Origin: a virus
Lineage: Duplodnaviria > Caudoviricetes
Length of the DNA stretch: 50,889 nt
IMG/VR virus record: IMGVR_UViG_3300020034_000026
Location: 1 to 50,889 of that record
Strand: one strand, 5' to 3'
Shown here: in pieces, positions 27,264 through 36,860 of the stretch
Layout of the letters: each line of letters opens with the position of its first letter
Numbering within the stretch: position 1 is the first letter of the stretch
Translations under genes and position numbers: made by a program
The notes under the pieces: generated by a model
What the model was told of the DNA's origin: nothing
The model's database searches: none
What the model saw: only the letters and a program-made list of their open reading frames with translations

Positions 27264-27527
27264 CTAAAAAACATCCTCAAGTCCTGCCCATTCATCATCT
27301 GAATCAAACCTCCCATCATATATGGAATATTTCTTCTCTTGTTTCATGACTAGATGTTGCACCATAATTGTTGCAGCCCTTTCGCATCTTACGTAAGTAC
27401 AAGACTGTCGTACAAATTCCTCTTGGTTTGGTTCTGTAATGAATGGTTTTTGTTTGCCCATCAAACAACAGGTAACCTGAACAATGAGACCTGTCTCAAA
27501 CTCCATTTTTCGCCTTTTTTCATCCAT
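27264..27527 (-). CDS. Hypothetical protein
   Basis: 87 aa; GGGGA RBS. Confidence 0.45.
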   Translation of the reverse strand: MDEKRRKMEFETGLIVQVTCCLMGKQKPFITEPNQEEFVRQSCTYVRCERAATIMVQHLVMKQEKKYSIYDGRFDSDDEWAGLEDVF

Positions 27528-27689
27528 CGATCTTTCCCCATTCGTCCCTAGTTAAAAAAAGTGTTGCACAAACTACGATTGGCTTCCGTCTCGTGTGATA
27601 ACTCACTGTATCGAGTATGCTAACCCATTGGCATATCAATAATATCGCACACTTAATCGCTCAACGCGTTACGCGTTAACACACCCCGG

Positions 27690-27890
27690 TACTGAGTGCT
27701 TTGTAGTATATATATATGTTATTATTATTGTATTAACAAAGAACATGGGTATTTTTGTTCTTTGCGCTTTGTGTCGAGTTGACCTTTGTGCCCCCTTGAC
27801 AAAGGTCAACTCACAAAGAACAGCTTACCCCCAATGTTCCTTGTCATGTTCTTTGTGAAGCTACCTGTAATCATTCTAGTTTCCCCCCTA
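27690..27890. other. Putative replication origin
   Basis: Part of the longest non-coding stretch, next to the primase gene. AT-rich TATATATATATGTTATTATTATTG tract, 14-bp perfect inverted repeat (27776-27789/27799-27812) and repeated ACAAAGAAC/GTTCTTTG. Confidence 0.55.
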
Positions 27891-27940
27891 AACAGGGTAC
27901 AAAGGTCCCAATTCCCCCCTGCTAGAAGACCCCCTCGATT

Positions 27941-30055
27941 TCAGCCCCCCGAGACGACGGGCAGCGACCACGTCCAGAATTTCTGGTGACCCCGTCTTGG
28001 CCCCTTCGGCAGGGTAACAACTCCAATAGTCTTTGCTGCTCTTTTCAAGGTTTCCCAAGAAAATGATAACTCCGTTTCGGCAAGCCTTTTCACAGCACCG
28101 ATATTCATAGGGCCATCCGCTAGTTTCGATCGTAGCCATTCTGCTGCGCTACTACGAATCGCCGCGCGGCCCCCGCGTACTCCACCTTTATGCTGATTTT
28201 TGACAACATAATCGGCACTAAGTTCACTTACATCGGGGCACCATTCGAAACAAGTCCCTTGTTTTATGACTACTTTACGTGAATTTATGCATGTAGCAGA
28301 GTAAAAAGTCTCTTCCCGAATTCGATACATTTGACCGGGGGGGATAAGATCCGTACGAACATTGTTATTCTTCCCGTTCCATACCCCACTGTAATCCTCT
28401 TCAAAGTATTTCCCTTCTTTTATTTTGGCAACTACCATTCCGTTACGAGCGGTATTACCAAAGGCTGCAGAACCCATACTTTTATTAACAACAGTAGTCT
28501 TTTCATCAGTCCCTTTGTTAAAGTGATTGACAAGGATCATTGCACACCCCACTTCTGCAGCAAGTTTCTTAAGCAGAAGCATTGCATTGGTTACTTCATT
28601 AGCGCGATGAGTATCTGTACCTGCAAGATACGAGTGAATCGTATCAAGTATTACTAGCTTAGGCTTAAACTCTACAACTTCACGAGCAAAATCCGCAAAG
28701 GTATCCATATCAGTTAAGCTAAAACTCTCACTGTACAGGGCCCATCGCTGTTCCCCGAGGGGTTTCCATTTTCTTCTAAAGCCGTTTCGTACAGCTTGTA
28801 TATGACGATCAATATAGGTACGACAATCAAGCTTTGTAAATCTCTCGTCTAGGATATCTTCCCCAGTTTCTTGGGTGCAGATCATTACCTTACCCATAAT
28901 CCCACTAGGTTGTAATGATGGCATCGTATCAGTGGTACCATCTAGAACATGCTTAGCTATCTCAAAAGCTAACCATGATTTGCAGCTATCCCCATACCCT
29001 GTCATCATGGATAATTCACCTACCCGAACATAGGGGAACCATATCCATGGACCGCGCCGAGTATCCAAGTCTTCTACCCCTTTTAACTTGCTAACCCACC
29101 CATCGGTACCTCCCTTGCCTTTCCCCTCCCCACGAATGATGGCATCTATTTTCTCCTCTTTCTTGCGTTCAACAATACTAGGGTCTTTACTCCACGACGA
29201 TTCTATCGCACGACGTAATCCATCGACTCCGCGAGACTCATACTTAGCAGCCCAAGAGTTTCCGCGTAAAACATCTTCAACTCCATCTAAATCAAATTTT
29301 GCCTCACGTAACCCGCGTACTAGAAGATGGAAAACATCACTTCTATTACCTTTTGTTGCAGGTCTCTTAAGTATCTGTTGCAGACGTGGGGGTACCCTAG
29401 CTTTCAGTACACCACTAGAGTTCACACGAGCGGTAACCTCATCAATGGGGGGAATCAGTCTCTCTAGTTCTCCTAGGGTGTACGTAGGTCCATCACTCCA
29501 TATCATGCGCCCATGATGCGGAGGTGAGTACAACCCCTTTACGGGATCCCCATAGTTAACAGTCCCAGGAACACGTAATACCTGATTCTGTTTCCAGCAC
29601 GCACGATCGGCTCGTAAGTAGTATGTAAGGCGCTTGTTGAGATCCTCGGTCATGTACCCATCCGAGATGATCCACACACCTTGCCACTTACCAGCAGATG
29701 TCTCCCACGCCATCGTAGGCAGGGGCACAACATCAGCAGGACCAGCCCCACCATCCATATCAACCCATAGAAATCCAGGGGCGAGACACCCTTGTTTTTG
29801 GGCGCCGATCTCTATGTTATCCGCCCCGGCACACTGCCAGTAGATGTTATCCCCAGCGTGGGATGAAATACATTCCAAAAGCTCAGTCTTTAACTGATTC
29901 TTGGAAAACCACCGTCCAGATGAAAATTGCCCCGCAGGACTCTTCCAGCACAGGCGATACCAGGCACCCGTCCCTTTCTCCTTCCACAGAGTCTGAAAGA
30001 GGTATTCCAGGTCCGCCGAGCTTCCATTAGTAGATAGCCCATTGGCTCCAGCCAT
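27941..30055 (-). CDS. Primase-helicase (RepB-type AEP primase + AAA_25/RecA-fold helicase)
   Basis: LWVDMD, WETSAGKWQGVW and LRVPGTVNY (primase); GYGDSCKS, LVILDT and VNHFNK...GSAAF (helicase). Confidence 0.85.
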   Translation of the reverse strand: MAGANGLSTNGSSADLEYLFQTLWKEKGTGAWYRLCWKSPAGQFSSGRWFSKNQLKTELLECISSHAGDNIYWQCAGADNIEIGAQKQGCLAPGFLWVDMDGGAGPADVVPLPTMAWETSAGKWQGVWIISDGYMTEDLNKRLTYYLRADRACWKQNQVLRVPGTVNYGDPVKGLYSPPHHGRMIWSDGPTYTLGELERLIPPIDEVTARVNSSGVLKARVPPRLQQILKRPATKGNRSDVFHLLVRGLREAKFDLDGVEDVLRGNSWAAKYESRGVDGLRRAIESSWSKDPSIVERKKEEKIDAIIRGEGKGKGGTDGWVSKLKGVEDLDTRRGPWIWFPYVRVGELSMMTGYGDSCKSWLAFEIAKHVLDGTTDTMPSLQPSGIMGKVMICTQETGEDILDERFTKLDCRTYIDRHIQAVRNGFRRKWKPLGEQRWALYSESFSLTDMDTFADFAREVVEFKPKLVILDTIHSYLAGTDTHRANEVTNAMLLLKKLAAEVGCAMILVNHFNKGTDEKTTVVNKSMGSAAFGNTARNGMVVAKIKEGKYFEEDYSGVWNGKNNNVRTDLIPPGQMYRIREETFYSATCINSRKVVIKQGTCFEWCPDVSELSADYVVKNQHKGGVRGGRAAIRSSAAEWLRSKLADGPMNIGAVKRLAETELSFSWETLKRAAKTIGVVTLPKGPRRGHQKFWTWSLPVVSGG

Positions 30056-30385
30056 CTACTTCCCCTCACGACGCTTGCCGCGCCACGTCCATCCTCGGGT
30101 ACGAACCGCGCCAGGCCCAACCTCATGGGAGGGGGGAGCACCAAGGCCCCACTTGGAAGATCGGCGGTAGCGATGGTTCATTATGATCACCTCAGCTACC
30201 GCGTTGGTGACGTACCATCTCCCACCGTAACGGAATGCTTCAGGAATCAACCCTCGTTTTATTCGTATGCGAATTGCTTGAGGAGAGATCTTTAACTCTT
30301 GCGCCAACTCTGTGATTGACGTATGATCCGATCGTACGAAAGAACCATCGTTAACAACGGACCGGTACCTAGAAGACAAATTCAC
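30056..30385 (-). CDS. HTH DNA-binding protein (excisionase/MerR-like)
   Basis: SITELAQELKISPQAIRIRIKRGLIPEAFRYGGRWYV; start uncertain (GTG 30385 after GGGGGGA). Confidence 0.7.
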   Translation of the reverse strand: MNLSSRYRSVVNDGSFVRSDHTSITELAQELKISPQAIRIRIKRGLIPEAFRYGGRWYVTNAVAEVIIMNHRYRRSSKWGLGAPPSHEVGPGAVRTRGWTWRGKRREGK

Positions 30386-30496
30386 AATCCCCCCCTTGAC
30401 TTTCAGACGAGCCGACCACACTATCCAAATCAGCAGCACCGCGCAACCCTTTTAGGTAACCCCTCACAATCACACACAAAAAGGACACACAACATC

Positions 30497-31060
30497 ATGG
30501 CCATCATCAAGACCAGCAACGTCAAGACCGTCACCGCCAAGACCAACGGATCCACCCCGCAGAAGCAGACCAGCACCGACAAGGACAAGGACAAGGACAA
30601 GCCCACCAAGGCCAAGAAGGGTCGTGGCGACTACGACAACCTTCCCCCGGCGCAAAAGGCACACGTGCAGGTCCTCTCCCTTGCCAAGAAGCTTGGCCAG
30701 GCTCACGAGCGCCTGAGCAAGTGGGATGACGATGAGGCGAACAACATCTCCGCCGCTGCCCAGGAGCTGGGTGAGGCTCTCACCAGGGTGAACAGCGCAG
30801 CCGAGCACTACGGCAACGTGTCCGCCGACTACGTCCGTGGGGGCCAGGCGACTGCCGCTCGGGTGGACGTGGGAGACATCGTCGCCATGAGGGAGAAATT
30901 CCGCGCCGCCTACACTTCCTCCGGTGTCCCCGAGGAGGATCTGGTCAAGCTCAAGGTCGTAGCTGTCTCCGATGGTGGTATGGTCCGCCTCAAGGCCCCT
31001 ACCTCCAAGATGGACCTCATGCTCTCCCGCCGCATGATCGAGGTGCCCATCCAGGCGTGA
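30497..31060 (+). CDS. Lys-rich hypothetical protein, probably highly expressed
   Basis: AAGGA RBS, TTGACT-17-CACTAT upstream, extreme C/G-ending codons, (DK)4 repeat, own terminator. Confidence 0.75.
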   Translation: MAIIKTSNVKTVTAKTNGSTPQKQTSTDKDKDKDKPTKAKKGRGDYDNLPPAQKAHVQVLSLAKKLGQAHERLSKWDDDEANNISAAAQELGEALTRVNSAAEHYGNVSADYVRGGQATAARVDVGDIVAMREKFRAAYTSSGVPEEDLVKLKVVAVSDGGMVRLKAPTSKMDLMLSRRMIEVPIQA

Positions 31061-31106
31061 GGCTCCCCGACCCAAAGGTGCACACAAAGTAAAAAGGCCC
31101 CTAGTC

Positions 31107-31140
31107 AAGCTCTACCACTCCCCTGTGGTAGGGCTTTTCT
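31107..31140 (+). terminator. Intrinsic terminator
   Basis: AAGCTCTACCAC-tcccct-GTGGTAGGGCTT followed by TTCT. Confidence 0.6.
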
Positions 31141-31161
31141 AGTTTTACCTATCAAGGATTC

Positions 31162-33549
31162 ATGCCACTTCTCTACGACCCGAACTGTACGAGATGCCCT
31201 CTGAGTAACCAGGCATTCTCTGTGTGCCTGCAGGGTAACGGACCACTCAACTCTAAGGCTCTCATCCTGTCGCAAGCTCCGTCCAGGTTCGATGATCTGA
31301 ATGGAGTGACCCTGGCAGGATCCCAGGCCAAGATCCTGAACCAAGCTCTGGCAGAGGTAGGCCTCCACAGGGCCACCATGCGCGCGACCAATCTCGTGCG
31401 CTGCCTACCCCCAGGTGATCGCCCCCCGACCGCGGCTGAGCAGCGCGCCTGTCGCCCCTACCTCGACAGTGAGCTAGAAGCCAGCGGCGCCACCCACGTG
31501 CTGCTGTTGGGCGCTGTTCCCCTGAGAGCGGTGACCACAGGGGCCAAGCTGCCCAAGCAACTGCGCGGGCGACCATTCACTCATGCAGGAAAAACCTACC
31601 TCCCCACGTTCCATCCGAATTATATCGTAAGATCCCCAAGGGCGAGATCCCAGCTGATCTCAGACCTAAGATTGTTCAAGTCTCTCATCGATGGAACGCA
31701 CAAGGAGGAACGCTTATCTATTGAGTATGTCACCCTTGACAACTTCACTACGTTCCTCTCCTACCTCCAAGGTGTGGTCTCACTAGATATAGAGACAACA
31801 TCACTGTATCCGTGGGCAGAAGATGCCAAGATTGTCTCTATCGGAGTTGGCACAAGACAGGCCCAGTACATATGGCCTATCAACTACCCTAGCCATCCCC
31901 TGTGGTCATATACATCCCCACGAGTAAAGCAGTTGATGGTGCAGAAACTCGTGCAGGCCCTAAGAATCTGTGAAGTAGCCACTCAATTCGGGAAGTTTGA
32001 CTCACTGTTTTTCAAGGTCATCTATGATGTAAACATCATTCCAGATATTGACACTGGACTGATGCACTACTCCATAGACGAAAACTCACCTCATGACCTT
32101 GAGTACTTGTCTCAGTCCTACTACGGCACCCCAGCATACGATGTTCCTCTGGAGACCAAGCATGGTAAGGATGGAGACATCGTAAAGCACGCCACTTACC
32201 TTGCCAAGGATCTAAAGTACACACGGAAGCTCTGCTTTGACATACGCAAGGATCTGGACAACCAGCCCAGCTCAAGGAAGATCTACGATACCCTCACCTT
32301 TCCAGTGTCGAAGATCTATCGGCAGATTGAGCTTAACGGTGTCCCTATCGACGTTCCCCGCATGGGTGAGGTAAAAACTCATCTAGAGAATCAGATCCAA
32401 GAGTCAACCTCAGCCCTAGATAAGATCGTCCCAGGGGTGAACTGGGCAAGCCACAAGCAAGTGGCAGTAGCCTTGTTCGATACGCTGGAACTACCGAGCC
32501 TGAAGGCTACCAAAAAGGGTGGGGATTCTGCAGATGAGTCTGTCCTACTGCAGATAGATCATCCCGTAGCTACTGCACTCTTGAAGCATCGCAGGGCGAA
32601 AAAGCTCCTGGGTACCTACATCAAGGGATGGGGACCCTATCTTGTAGGCGGAAGAATTCATCCCACCTTCAAGATTCACGGAACGGTAACATCAAGACCA
32701 TCCTGTGAACATCCGAACATTCAGCAGACAGACAGAGATCCTATCATCAGATCTCTGATCGCATCAGATGACCTAGACTGGGAAATAGTAGAGGTAGACC
32801 TATCCCAGGCAGAGCTTAGAATTACCGCGCACTGTTCCGGTGATAAGCGAATGAAGCGAATCTTTCAAGAGGGGGGTGACATCCACTCTGTTACCGCTTC
32901 AGAGATTCTAGAGATAGCTATCAACCTGATCACTAGCGAACAACGGTTCATAGCAAAGTCATTAAACTTTGGTCTCATTTATGGGATGTTCTGGAAAAAG
33001 CTAATCATCTATGCCCGAGATAACTACGGAGTGCACCTCACTCCGCGTCAAGCTCAGGACTTCAGAAACCGATTCTTCAGGCTGTACGCTTCCCTGCTAC
33101 CCTGGCACGAGAGAACGAGAAAATTCGTCCGCGCCAATGGATGGGTGCGGAACCTGTCCGGCAGAGTGAGAAGACTTCCTCTGGCACAGCTGCAGTATGA
33201 TTCCCCAGAGCGCGGGGAAGCCGAGAGACAAGCCATCAACTCGCCCATCCAGTCATTCGTGAGTGACATGGTACTCTCCTCCCTCATCATGGCAGACCAG
33301 GAGTTCACCTTAGACAATGTTAGAATTATTGCCACGGTACACGACTCCGTCTTAGCTCAAGTACATAAGTCTTACATCCCAGAGTACGCAGAGAAGATGT
33401 CAAGCTTCATAACCCATCCATTTATCCTAGATGAGTGGCGTATCAAGCTTGACGTTCCGATGGTGGCTGATGTCAAAATCGGCCCCTGGTCCAAAGGCAT
33501 CTCACTCGAGAAATGGATGCAACAATCACAAAAAGGAAAGGATTTTTAA
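31162..33549 (+). CDS. polA: Family A DNA polymerase with N-terminal family-4 uracil-DNA-glycosylase-like domain and 3'-5' exonuclease
   Basis: CTRCPL...TNLVRCLPP...ACRPYL...PTFHPNY (UDG-like); LDIETT (ExoI); VDLSQAELR, KSLNFGLIYG and TVHDS (polymerase motifs A, B, C). Confidence 0.92.
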   Translation: MPLLYDPNCTRCPLSNQAFSVCLQGNGPLNSKALILSQAPSRFDDLNGVTLAGSQAKILNQALAEVGLHRATMRATNLVRCLPPGDRPPTAAEQRACRPYLDSELEASGATHVLLLGAVPLRAVTTGAKLPKQLRGRPFTHAGKTYLPTFHPNYIVRSPRARSQLISDLRLFKSLIDGTHKEERLSIEYVTLDNFTTFLSYLQGVVSLDIETTSLYPWAEDAKIVSIGVGTRQAQYIWPINYPSHPLWSYTSPRVKQLMVQKLVQALRICEVATQFGKFDSLFFKVIYDVNIIPDIDTGLMHYSIDENSPHDLEYLSQSYYGTPAYDVPLETKHGKDGDIVKHATYLAKDLKYTRKLCFDIRKDLDNQPSSRKIYDTLTFPVSKIYRQIELNGVPIDVPRMGEVKTHLENQIQESTSALDKIVPGVNWASHKQVAVALFDTLELPSLKATKKGGDSADESVLLQIDHPVATALLKHRRAKKLLGTYIKGWGPYLVGGRIHPTFKIHGTVTSRPSCEHPNIQQTDRDPIIRSLIASDDLDWEIVEVDLSQAELRITAHCSGDKRMKRIFQEGGDIHSVTASEILEIAINLITSEQRFIAKSLNFGLIYGMFWKKLIIYARDNYGVHLTPRQAQDFRNRFFRLYASLLPWHERTRKFVRANGWVRNLSGRVRRLPLAQLQYDSPERGEAERQAINSPIQSFVSDMVLSSLIMADQEFTLDNVRIIATVHDSVLAQVHKSYIPEYAEKMSSFITHPFILDEWRIKLDVPMVADVKIGPWSKGISLEKWMQQSQKGKDF

Positions 33550-33554
33550 AAGTC

Positions 33555-34598
33555 ATGCCAACGTCACTGAAAGTCTGGGACCCTACATGGGCAATCAATC
33601 AATCGCGGGTGGCCATCGCAAGGCACTGCCCCCAAGCTCACCAGTATCACTATATCGAAAACCTAGTCCCGGTGAAGAATCCGAGACCGTTCGCTTTCGG
33701 CACCCTAGCCCACAAGGTACTTGAGACCTACGCTGAGACAGGATCATCCTTGCAAGCTCTGGAAGAGATTCGTAAGGTCTCTCCTGAAGACTTCCGCATG
33801 TTCTCAGAAGAAAAGGAGTACTACGGAGACATCCTCAATGACATATACGACATCATGTATGAGTATTTTCGGACATGGAACCCGAGGGAGTTCAAGTTCA
33901 TCAAGGTCGCAGAGAGAAACTCAGAGCATGAGTTCTGCACAGACATCTTGTACAAAGGCAAAAAGTTCAAGGTCAAGGGTACCATCGATGCCATCGTGCA
34001 GACCACCAATGGCAAGATCTGGCTAGTCGAAAACAAGACGTTCGGAACCTCTTTACCGAGTGAGGACGATCGATGGCGTAATCTTCAGACCAGCGTCTAC
34101 ATCAAGATTGCGCTGAAGCTCAAGATGGCCAAGCGCATTGATGGAATCCTGTGGAACTACATCTTGAGTAAGCCCCCAACCGTTCCTCAAGAGTTGAGGG
34201 ATGGGAGACTATCTCAGCGAGAGATCATCACACTTCCTAGCGTAGTCGAGCGCGAGCTGGGTGCCCGCTCCCTGCTCTCCTCCCCGAGCTACACCAAGCT
34301 CCGGGCCATGGCCGAGACGGGCCGCGGTCGCTACTTCCAGCGCATCTACAACCCGGTGGCGGCCCCTGTGGTTGACGCTCTGTGGCGCGGGTTCCTTGAC
34401 ACCGCTCTACTGATTGTAGATAATCGATTGCCGAATTACCGCAACATAGGCCGCCACTGCGGATGGTGCCAGTATGAGAGACTCTGCCGCACCGACTTGA
34501 CGGGAGGAGACCTCGAGTATGTTAAAGAGAAAGAGTACAAGGCTGGCGACGAAGATCAGCCCGGGAGCAAGAAACATCTCCCAGGTGATACTCAGTAA
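33555..34598 (+). CDS. PD-(D/E)XK RecB/Cas4-like exonuclease
   Basis: CP...FGTLAHKVLE...GTIDAI...VENKT...QTSVY...CGWCQYERLC. Confidence 0.8.
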   Translation: MPTSLKVWDPTWAINQSRVAIARHCPQAHQYHYIENLVPVKNPRPFAFGTLAHKVLETYAETGSSLQALEEIRKVSPEDFRMFSEEKEYYGDILNDIYDIMYEYFRTWNPREFKFIKVAERNSEHEFCTDILYKGKKFKVKGTIDAIVQTTNGKIWLVENKTFGTSLPSEDDRWRNLQTSVYIKIALKLKMAKRIDGILWNYILSKPPTVPQELRDGRLSQREIITLPSVVERELGARSLLSSPSYTKLRAMAETGRGRYFQRIYNPVAAPVVDALWRGFLDTALLIVDNRLPNYRNIGRHCGWCQYERLCRTDLTGGDLEYVKEKEYKAGDEDQPGSKKHLPGDTQ

Positions 34599-35349
34599 GC
34601 CTGGTAGAGACGAGTTCAGATCGTACGTCTTGTACGGTAGAAGCGGTACGGGAAAGACTACTCTGGCCGCATCATGGCCAAAGAAGCTAGTTCTGTTCGA
34701 TGTCAATGATAAGGGTACAGACTCTATCTCAGACATTCACGACGATGATATTGACATCATCAATGTTCGTTCCTGGGATGACTTCGAGGCTGGCTATTGG
34801 TACGTCTACGAGAAATCAAAAGACTACAGCACAGTCATCGTAGATACCGTATCTCAGCTGCAGCAGATCCTGGTGTATGAGATGTCGAAGAACAAGGACA
34901 AGCCTGGTCACTGGGGAACCATGACCAGGCAGGCGTGGGGCGACCTAACCTCCAAGATGAAAACGTGGATCACCTACTTCAGAGATCTACCTATGGAAGT
35001 TGTCTTTATCGCACAAGATAGAGTCTTTTCTGGGGATGAGGAGTCTGATGACAACCATATGATCGACCCGGAGGTAGGCCCAGCACTATCTCCTAGCGTA
35101 GCCAAGCATCTCAACGCCAGCGCTCACGTCATTGTCAACACTTTCATCAGAAGGAGAATCGTCAAGACCAAGCCCATCAAAGGCAAGTCCCAAAAGATAG
35201 AGAAGATCGACTACTGCCTCCGAGTAGGTCCGAATCCAATCTATGCCACCAAGTTTCGCAAGCCCAAGAGCATCATCCTCCCATCTGTCTTGAGCAATCC
35301 AGACTACGACAAGATCCGTTCCATCATGCTTCCCGAAAAGAAAGAATAA
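34519..35349 (+). CDS. Sak4-like AAA_24 ATPase (recombination)
   Basis: LYGRSGTGKTTLA, TVIVDTVS and VVFIAQ motifs; between nuclease and SSB-like genes. Confidence 0.8.
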   Translation: MLKRKSTRLATKISPGARNISQVILSKPGRDEFRSYVLYGRSGTGKTTLAASWPKKLVLFDVNDKGTDSISDIHDDDIDIINVRSWDDFEAGYWYVYEKSKDYSTVIVDTVSQLQQILVYEMSKNKDKPGHWGTMTRQAWGDLTSKMKTWITYFRDLPMEVVFIAQDRVFSGDEESDDNHMIDPEVGPALSPSVAKHLNASAHVIVNTFIRRRIVKTKPIKGKSQKIEKIDYCLRVGPNPIYATKFRKPKSIILPSVLSNPDYDKIRSIMLPEKKE

Positions 35350-35364
35350 AAAGGAAAAGAAAAC

Positions 35365-36171
35365 ATGCCAATCAACAATAAGAACAAGGCTCCCCATCGC
35401 AAGGTGAAGACCAATGTCATCAAGGTTGACTTCACCGACACCGACAAGCGGGTACTCCTACCCGAAGGAGACTACCGATTCCGCGTCGGAGAGGTGACCC
35501 AGGAAGTTGGCGCAGAGTCTCAGAAGGATTACCTGAAGTGGATACTTGTCGTCATCGACGATGACGACAAGCTCAATGGACAGAAGCTGTACTACCAGAC
35601 CAGTCTACAGCCTCAGTCCCTCTGGGTTCTCCGGGATCTACTTGAGGCTCTGGGGATCGAAACGGCACAGGACGAATTCGAGATCGATCTGGATGACGTG
35701 ATCGACCGTGAGGCAGTGGCCTCCGTCTTCCACGAGCGCTGGGAGGGCAAGGACAGATCCAAGGTCTCCCAGATCACCCCCTTCGATCCCGATGACGTGT
35801 CCCCTGTGGTCAACGATGATGGTGAGGAAGAGGAGGGGGAAGCCGAAGTAGTCGAAGAGGAAGAGGAGGAAGCCCTCCCTCCCCCCAAGAAGCAGACGAC
35901 CACAGGGAAAGAGTACAAGTCCAGCAAGAAAGCAGCCCAGCCGGACCCGGAGCCTGAAGAGGAAGCCGAGGAAGAGGCAGAGGGGGAAGAGGGAACGGAA
36001 GTCCAGATGGTCACCGCGACGGAGGTGAATGCCATGGACGATGACGAGTTGAATGATCTCGTCACGGTGTTCGGCCTATCCAAGAGCCTCAAGGTTGTTC
36101 GCCCAGCCAAGCTCAAGAAGAGTCGAGTCATCGCCGCTCTGGAAAAGGCAGAACTCCTGTCCGAGGAGTAG
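35365..36171 (+). CDS. SSB-like protein (DUF669-like OB fold) with acidic tail
   Basis: LLPEGDY...YLKW...SLWVLRDLLEALG; Glu-rich C-terminal half. Confidence 0.7.
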   Translation: MPINNKNKAPHRKVKTNVIKVDFTDTDKRVLLPEGDYRFRVGEVTQEVGAESQKDYLKWILVVIDDDDKLNGQKLYYQTSLQPQSLWVLRDLLEALGIETAQDEFEIDLDDVIDREAVASVFHERWEGKDRSKVSQITPFDPDDVSPVVNDDGEEEEGEAEVVEEEEEEALPPPKKQTTTGKEYKSSKKAAQPDPEPEEEAEEEAEGEEGTEVQMVTATEVNAMDDDELNDLVTVFGLSKSLKVVRPAKLKKSRVIAALEKAELLSEE

Positions 36172-36176
36172 AGACA

Positions 36177-36275
36177 GTGACTTTCTGGGAACTGTTGGCC
36201 ATCATATGGATCGTTGTCTACCTTGTCGCAGTGATCCTTTTCTTTGCCATAACTAGCAAAGATAGGCATGACTAA
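36177..36275 (+). CDS. Tiny single-TM membrane protein (32 aa)
   Basis: GTG after GAGGAG; TFWELLAIIWIVVYLVAVILFFAITSKDRHD; stop overlaps the next ATG. Confidence 0.5.
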   Translation: MTFWELLAIIWIVVYLVAVILFFAITSKDRHD

Positions 36276-36544
36276 TGTCCATAGACAACCTAGTTCTACC
36301 CCATCCAGAACCTTGGAAAGCTACGGAGTGGACCTACAAAGGTAGGATCTTCCGTTTAGTGCTTACAGTGGAAAACAAGTTTACCATAGAACATGTTACT
36401 AGGGATTCTCTAGGGTTTTCCAAGTGGGAAATTCTCCATACCTACGAGATAAATGGGATAGAAGAATTCTCCAATGACCATGTAGATCTTCTCACCACTG
36501 CAATCATATCCTTGGTCAATGATAAACTAGAGCACGTTTGTTGA
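36275..36544 (+). CDS. Hypothetical protein
   Basis: Coupled ORF. Confidence 0.55.
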   Translation: MSIDNLVLPHPEPWKATEWTYKGRIFRLVLTVENKFTIEHVTRDSLGFSKWEILHTYEINGIEEFSNDHVDLLTTAIISLVNDKLEHVC

Positions 36545-36547
36545 CCA

Positions 36548-36859
36548 ATGGCTTCGCAGGCTGAAAGCAGGCTGTCACGTAAAATCAGAAAGACTCTGGA
36601 AGAAAAGTATCCAGAGTCTTTCTGGTTTAAACTGCATATCTCACGATTCCAGCAGTCGGGAATCCCAGACATTATCGGATGCGTGGATGGAGTTCCCATC
36701 GCTCTTGAAACAAAGATGCCGGGCGCCCCAGGGGCAACCAAGATCCAGGAGCGCACTCATAAGAAGATGAGAAAGGCTGGGTACTACGTATACGTAATCA
36801 CTAGTGTTCTTTCGGCACTGGAAGTAGTAGACCAAACACTAAGCTATAAGCACCCATGA
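36548..36859 (+). CDS. VRR-NUC nuclease
   Basis: ES.L...GIPDII...ALETK...Q motif, next to an SNF2 helicase. Confidence 0.85.
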   Translation: MASQAESRLSRKIRKTLEEKYPESFWFKLHISRFQQSGIPDIIGCVDGVPIALETKMPGAPGATKIQERTHKKMRKAGYYVYVITSVLSALEVVDQTLSYKHP

Positions 36860-36860
36860 T

